Virus record (IMG/VR): IMGVR_UViG_3300046007_007030
From: a virus
DNA length: 64,000 nt
Direction: 5' to 3' (one strand)
Position 1 is the first letter of the stretch. Every line of letters begins with the position of its first letter. Both the position numbers and the translations under genes were made by a program. Shown piece after piece: positions 59,248 to 64,000 of the stretch. Under the pieces are notes generated by a model. That model was not told the DNA's origin and searched no databases. It worked only from the letters and a program-made list of their open reading frames with translations.

Positions 59248-60678
59248 TTACAGGTCGTACTTATGATCCATGATCGTCTTGAGCATGATCGTCTCAGGAG
59301 AGAACTCCTCGAGGTCGGCCGAGAGGACCGACTTCACGATAGCCGGAGAGAAACCAGAGACCAGAGCCGTGCCGGACTTGTCGAACTTGACTGGGACGTT
59401 GTCCGCAGCGTTCAGGTTCCAGAACACGATCCTTGGCATGGTGTATCCGGCCTCGGCGTACTTACGACCGATCATCTCGATCGCGGAGTCGTCGTGATGA
59501 GCACAGTAGTCGAACTGCATGTCCGAGAGGATCAGCAGCATCTTCGGCATCTCCTCGGCCGGAACCGAGTGAGCCACCGCGACCTCTAGGATCTTGGCGA
59601 CAGCCTTGTTGAGATCCGTGTTCATCTGCCACTGCGAGCGAACCATCTGCTCGACCTTCTGCAAGACGTCGCCCTTCAAGTTGAAGAGCTGAGGTGAAGA
59701 AGAGAAGGTCAAGAACGTGTCCTTGAACTTACCCTTGTTCTTATCCGCCAAGTAGAGACCGAGAGACACGGCCACGTCCAAGCAGGACAACTTCGACTTG
59801 CTGTTGTGGCCACCGGCCGGGCACGTCATCGAGCCAGACACGTCGACCAGAGGCAGGATCGACGCGTCACCGACGTAGTTAGGCAGAGCCTCCCACTGAG
59901 CGACGATGTGGTTCTTATTGGCTAAGCTGTAGGCGATAGCCTGCACACCCTTCAGTACGTCGTACGGGTAGACTGCGCCGGCATTGACCTTGACTTCCTT
60001 GCGGACCTCAGGGTCGGTGGATACCAGCTTCGCGGCCCACTCCTTGTACTTCTCAGTATGACGAGCGAAGGCCTTCTTGTACCTGGCAGAAGCCAGAGAA
60101 GGAACGTGGTTGAAGTTGATCTCGTCCCACTGCTTCGCACACATCTGAGTCTCGACGACCTTGGTCAACTCGACCAGACGCTTGCGATAGAACTTCGGAG
60201 TCCAACCGAGCTTGGCACGAAGCTTCGCTGCTAATGCACCCTTGCGAGGCATCCACTTAGCGCAGAGACCGTCACCCTTGGAGAGAGCCTCTCGGATCAT
60301 CTCCACTGCGAAGTCACCTACTTCACCCTCGACACCCACGGCCACGAGGACGTCGTCCCAGCGACCGAGCACCGGAGCCTTGCGGAGCAAGGAGACCGCC
60401 GCGTCAGTGTCATTCGAGATCAAGTGGTTCACGATGTCGTGGAAGAGCTTACGCTCACCCGACCCGCCGCGAACGTCGCGAGCCCACTGCGCGATACGCA
60501 AGGCGTAGTCGCGGTTCTCGACGTAGGCCGCCGTGAAGCCAGGAACGATGTCCTTGCCACGAGAGGCGCCGATCTTGAAGAACAGGTCCACGCACGAAGA
60601 CGTAGTGGACTTGAGGGCCTTCATACCGTTATCGGTACGAGCCGACTGGTTGCGAACTGCATTTGCGAATGTAGACAT
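59248..60678 (-). CDS. DUF2828-family (TROVE/Ro60-like helical domain plus vWA) protein
   Basis: 'T.NG...S..DLFF', 'RDVRGGSGER', 'GRWDD', 'AKWMPR', 'VPSLA..Y.KAF.RH', MIDAS 'DVSGSM', 'SDMQFD', 'IVFWNL', 'VSGFSP'. Confidence 0.88.
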   Translation of the reverse strand: MSTFANAVRNQSARTDNGMKALKSTTSSCVDLFFKIGASRGKDIVPGFTAAYVENRDYALRIAQWARDVRGGSGERKLFHDIVNHLISNDTDAAVSLLRKAPVLGRWDDVLVAVGVEGEVGDFAVEMIREALSKGDGLCAKWMPRKGALAAKLRAKLGWTPKFYRKRLVELTKVVETQMCAKQWDEINFNHVPSLASARYKKAFARHTEKYKEWAAKLVSTDPEVRKEVKVNAGAVYPYDVLKGVQAIAYSLANKNHIVAQWEALPNYVGDASILPLVDVSGSMTCPAGGHNSKSKLSCLDVAVSLGLYLADKNKGKFKDTFLTFSSSPQLFNLKGDVLQKVEQMVRSQWQMNTDLNKAVAKILEVAVAHSVPAEEMPKMLLILSDMQFDYCAHHDDSAIEMIGRKYAEAGYTMPRIVFWNLNAADNVPVKFDKSGTALVSGFSPAIVKSVLSADLEEFSPETIMLKTIMDHKYDL

Positions 60679-60700
60679 TTCACTTCTCCTATGATTTCAA

Positions 60701-60760
60701 CAGGTTCAACTTTTGGCAAAGTTACAAAGTTTGCTTTTCGATGGTTGCTGAACTGAACCT
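60701..60760 (-). ncRNA. Y-like small RNA A
   Basis: AGGTTCA-GTTCAGCA...TGAACCT-G; shares architecture with B, C and D. Confidence 0.6.
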
Positions 60761-60769
60761 ATAACTCGA

Positions 60770-60886
60770 CGGGATCACATTGCTTTAGAGTGCTACCGTT
60801 ACACCACACCGACTTGCGTCGGTGCCGGGATTCGAACCCGGTCTTCTCCTTTACAGAGGAATGCAATTGTGTGCTGTAGTGATCCC
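60770..60886 (-). ncRNA. Y-like RNA B containing a permuted tRNA mimic (YrlA-like)
   Basis: GGGATCA-CTACAGCA ... T-arm CCGGG-TTCGAAT-CCCGG, closed acceptor CACCGAC-GCAA-GTCGGTG, D-arm TGGTGTAACGGTAGCAC ... TGATCCC-G. Confidence 0.8.
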
Positions 60887-60893
60887 AAAACTC

Positions 60894-61349
60894 TTAGTCT
60901 AGATTAGACCATTCTAGTATCTTAGCCTTGAGGGGTTCGTACTCCTCAGGCTTGTAAGAAGTCCTGCCATCCTTACCGTAGTACTTGTAGATGCGGTGCT
61001 CCTTGGGCCCGTACTTAGCCACCATCTCGATGATCCTCGGCAGGATGGTGTGTTGGTAGAGCTCTTCGTCGTGCCTCTTTGCTTCGACCTGCTTATAGTC
61101 TAGGCCTGCTAGGAAGGCGCGGGCGAGATGAGTAGATCTGGCTTCGTTGCGCACCACCGTCTTGCGATGATGATGAAGATCGTACCACTTCGAATGGATC
61201 TTGTACGATTCTTTGTGCTCAAAGATGTCGGTGACTTGATACGTCTTCTTGTACCAAGAGAGCTGCTTCTTGAGTTTTTTCTCTTCCCGCCGAATGATCG
61301 CCGGTTCGAGGGCCAGATGCTTTGATTTGATCTTGAGTTCGATAGACAT
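60894..61349 (-). CDS. Basic hypothetical protein within the RNA array
   Basis: 'LKIKSK.LA.E..IIR.EE...L..HR...VR.EAR...LARAFL.G..Y..VE'. Confidence 0.75.
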   Translation of the reverse strand: MSIELKIKSKHLALEPAIIRREEKKLKKQLSWYKKTYQVTDIFEHKESYKIHSKWYDLHHHRKTVVRNEARSTHLARAFLAGLDYKQVEAKRHDEELYQHTILPRIIEMVAKYGPKEHRIYKYYGKDGRTSYKPEEYEPLKAKILEWSNLD

Positions 61350-61636
61350 AAAATTCTCTCCTATTACTGATCTTACTTTGTGTAGACGAATGAGTACAGG
61401 AAAGAATTTAGGGAGGCTTGAAGACTTTCTAACGGAAGATCTGGATAGCGCGTCGAGCTACAGCTCGCCAACACTCTTGACGATCTTCGCCCAGCTCCTC
61501 CCAAGTCGGGAGAGGCTTTCCATCGAATGTCTTACCACCAGCTTTGTAGAAATAAGATTTCCAGAGCTCCGTGGAGAGCCTGTCGACACCAGTCGTGTCG
61601 TACTCGTCGAACATATTATTCTCCATTTGATGGTAG

Positions 61637-61710
61637 TGGTGCCCGGTGTGGGGTTCGAACCCACGTCCAGAGTTTTAGAGACTCTCGCTCAGCCACTGAG
61701 CTAACCAGGC
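61637..61710 (-). tRNA. Amber suppressor tRNA (CTA anticodon)
   Basis: AGAGT-CTCTAAA-ACTCT anticodon arm, canonical T-arm, ACCA. Confidence 0.88.
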
Positions 61711-61718
61711 AATTTCAA

Positions 61719-61768
61719 CGGGTTCTGCTTTGTGCTATATGCAAGCTGTTGTATGCGGTAAAGAACCC
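61719..61768 (-). ncRNA. Y-like small RNA C
   Basis: GGGTTCT-TTACCGCA...AGAACCC-G. Confidence 0.6.
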
Positions 61769-61777
61769 TAAAGTCGT

Positions 61778-61973
61778 CGGGATGCTTTGAGTCGGTCATT
61801 TAATTTTCTCTCGCGATTCCACTCCACCGCAGTATCTGAGAATCTTGTCTCAGCACGATCTTCAATTCGGTGAAGCTCCTAGTCCACGCAGCACGCCTAA
61901 GCGTCGGAAGAAGACGGTGATGTAACCCTAAGAGAGTTACTACCTTTCTGAAAGGTTATGCTGTAGTCATCCC
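61778..61973 (-). ncRNA. Y-like RNA D (196 nt, multi-hairpin)
   Basis: GGGATG-ACTACAGCA...CATCCC-G; 5' end sits at the predicted start site of the promoter at 61980-62008. Confidence 0.65.
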
Positions 61974-61979
61974 ATATTC

Positions 61980-62008
61980 TATATACCTCAGCCGTGCGAA
62001 TATGTACA
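61980..62008 (-). promoter_or_regulatory. Early promoter driving the RNA array/DUF2828 operon
   Basis: TGTACA-17-TATATA. Confidence 0.7.
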
Positions 62009-62028
62009 CGACAAAATTAAGAGATAGT

Positions 62029-62102
62029 TGGAGCGGATAGCGAGAATCGAACTCGCGCATTCTCGTTGGCAACGAGATAGGCTACCATTACATCATACCC
62101 GC
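62029..62102 (-). tRNA. tRNA-Gly(GCC)
   Basis: TT-GCC-AA, TCCA end. Confidence 0.9.
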
Positions 62103-62358
62103 AATTCATAATTCAGTCGGCTTCTTACCAGAGAGAGGAGGGTTGTCGGTGTACTTCAGAGACCGAAACTCACCGGCCTCGTTCTGGTAGTCGAGGTACA
62201 TGATGCCGGGCTGAGTATCATCCCAGACGAAAGCCAAGAACTTGTATCCCTCGCCGAGCTTGATCTGACCGATCTTGTCCAGGTTCTGCACCTGAGTCTC
62301 GGAGCAGTCCTCGCGAATTTGGATTCCTTGAGTCCATGACATAGTGTACCTCGTTTAT

Positions 62359-62434
62359 TGGTGCGTCTGCCGAGTTTCGAACTTGGTTGTCCGGCTTATG
62401 AGACCAGTGAGATTGCCAACACCTCCCCAGACGC
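62359..62434 (-). tRNA. tRNA-Met(CAT)
   Basis: CT-CAT-AA. Confidence 0.82.
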
Positions 62435-62494
62435 AAATGGTGAATTGGCTACATATCGCAACGCTCTACGGTCTCAAGGACGCCAGTTCATAAA

Positions 62495-62570
62495 TGGTGC
62501 AACCTCTCTGGATCGAACAGAGTTCTTCCGCTCTTCAGGCGGACGTGAGCACCAGCTTCACCAAGGTTGC
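62495..62570 (-). tRNA. tRNA-Phe(GAA)
   Basis: CT-GAA-GA. Confidence 0.87.
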
Positions 62571-62778
62571 TTTTGTTCTTTAGTCTTCCAGTACTCAGAT
62601 TCGTTATACTCTTTCCATCTATCACAGAATACTTTATACAGATCTAGATCATGTAACACTAGCATATCTGCAAATTCGTTGGGACCGTCGATTCCAACGA
62701 GACCGTGTAGGTCGTAGATGAAGTCCAGAGTGATGTCTTCTTCTTTGAAGCCTTCTTCTGGCCAGGTGAAAGCGCTCG

Positions 62779-63195
62779 TCATGGCACGATCCGTACGACC
62801 GTGCTCTCCATCCCGTAGTACTCGACGACCTCATAGAGCACCTCAGCAGCATCGGGATGCAGTCTCACACACCCGTGAGAGGCAGGTCGGCCGAGTCGCT
62901 TCAGATCGAAGGTGCCGTGTATCGCGTATCCACCCTCGAAGAATATAGAGAATGGCATAGGCGCGTCGTTGTATTTTTTAGAGTAGTGCATCTCCGCGAG
63001 GCGATAAGGCTGGAAAGTACCGGCCGGAGTCCTGTAGCCCTCGCGACCAGTAGACACTGGCCACATCACGCTACCTATCGGAGTCTGCACGTACATCTCT
63101 TGCTCGGAGAGATCGATCGTGATGTCGACTTCATGAGCGATTGCCGTCGTGCTCAACGCGAGCATAGAGGCGAGGATCATAACGAACTTCTTCAA
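62779..63195 (-). CDS. L,D-transpeptidase (YkuD family), secreted
   Basis: Signal peptide; 'WPVSTG', 'TP.G', 'AIHGT', 'LGRPASHGCVRL'. Confidence 0.93.
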   Translation of the reverse strand: MKKFVMILASMLALSTTAIAHEVDITIDLSEQEMYVQTPIGSVMWPVSTGREGYRTPAGTFQPYRLAEMHYSKKYNDAPMPFSIFFEGGYAIHGTFDLKRLGRPASHGCVRLHPDAAEVLYEVVEYYGMESTVVRIVP

Positions 63196-63202
63196 GTTAC
63201 AC

Positions 63203-63343
63203 CTACTCGTTCAAGAGTTGCTTGTTCTCATTCAGCTTCTGTTCTTTCAACTTCGCTTGATACTGCTCGTTGGTCATCAGGTGATAACCCTCGCACAGAC
63301 CGTTCGGCGACCGGCCGCAGCCGCACTTCTTAGCTTCAGTCAT
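63203..63343 (-). CDS. 46-aa CDGSH-like [2Fe-2S] protein (not in ORF track)
   Basis: MTEAKKCGCGRSPNGLCEGYHL...; AGGAG RBS. Confidence 0.65.
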   Translation of the reverse strand: MTEAKKCGCGRSPNGLCEGYHLMTNEQYQAKLKEQKLNENKQLLNE

Positions 63344-63465
63344 GTACAACTCCTGTTAAAAGAAAGACTTAGACGACGAGTTTTCACTCGGGGGTGGTAA
63401 TCCCTCTACCTCCCGACTTCGGAGGCCCACTGCCTGGATCGATAGCGCTGAGTCGTCTAAGTTAT

Positions 63466-63555
63466 TGGCGGAGTGGTGGCGGTATCGATCCCCTGACCCG
63501 TAGGTTCCAACAGTTTTCAAGACTGTGTCAGCATCCCCGGCTGAATACGCACTCC
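63466..63555 (-). tRNA. tRNA-Ser(TGA), atypical T-arm
   Basis: CT-TGA-AA, long V-arm, GCCA; T-loop ATCGATA. Confidence 0.78.
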
Positions 63556-63849
63556 AGATTTCTTCTTCAGTATGTTCTTAGACTTATAAGTGTCTAACTG
63601 TGTATCACAATTGCTACACACGAACCGAAGATTCTTTAATCTGTTATCGTTGTTGACTCCGTTAACATGGTCCAGAATAAGAGGCATTGGCTTGCCCATC
63701 CATTCAGGACCTATGCCACAGACCGCGCATTCATGAGGGATCATGTTTTCCCTCAGAATGCGCTTCTTTAGGTTATGACGGGCATAGGTACTATTCTCTA
63801 CAAATACCTCGTCATTGGTCTTCTCTGGGCCGTATCTGTTTACATGCAT
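63517..63849 (-). mobile_element. Free-standing HNH endonuclease
   Basis: 'CAVCG...LDHVNG..NDNR..NLR.VCSNC'; late promoter CATAAATA upstream. Confidence 0.85.
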
Positions 63850-63940
63850 AAGAAACTCCTTTCAGAGTTATTTATGCAAAGCTAGTTTTTCATACTAGCA
63901 AGACCAGGCTAGCATCCCCGGCTAGATACGCACTCCATAT

Positions 63941-64000
63941 TGGCTGCTCGAGTAGGGATCGAACCTACGACATCCTGATTAACAGTCAGGCGCAACTACC
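63941..64000 (-). tRNA. tRNA-Asn(GTT), truncated by the window end
   Basis: CT-GTT-AA, T-arm, GCCA. Confidence 0.85.

Noticed and set aside
60695-61975. Repeated motif array as a CRISPR array
   Set aside because: Units are not identical direct repeats with uniform spacers, and no cas operon is present. The Cas4-like nuclease at 6.7 kb is a routine T4-like gene.
1-64000. Genome-wide TAG recoding suggested by the CUA tRNA
   Set aside because: Conserved genes are full length in the standard code and several end properly at TAG.

Overview
64 kb of a large T4-like myophage genome. The host is most likely an alphaproteobacterium, judging by a two-piece permuted tmRNA with tag ANDNYAPRLALAA, an alpha-type PstS, an L,D-transpeptidase and an IbpA-like sHSP. 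Almost all genes lie on the minus strand. The window holds: (1) two tail-associated peptidoglycan hydrolase genes; (2) the T4 replication/recombination core (gp32, gp59, gp33, RNase H, gp61, gp41, UvsX, gp43, class II RNR, ThyX); (3) auxiliary genes (phoH, pstS, dps, hsp20, speD, glycosyltransferases); (4) a cluster of probable head-packaged internal proteins; (5) hyperplastic early regions driven by repeated sigma70-like promoters with IHF-like boxes; (6) about 19 tRNA genes, several atypical, including an amber suppressor. The best candidate for an undescribed system is at 59.2-62.0 kb. There a Ro60/TROVE-like DUF2828-vWA gene lies downstream of four small RNAs sharing a terminal stem plus a C(A/C)GCA motif, and one of these RNAs is a circularly permuted tRNA mimic of YrlA architecture. 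Other highlights: a partly duplicated tmRNA locus, two endonuclease+tRNA replacement cassettes, an ExbB/ExbD-like motor operon with an HtrA protease, and seven ORFs whose stop codons lie within tRNA genes. All family calls come from motif recognition by eye; no database searches were run.
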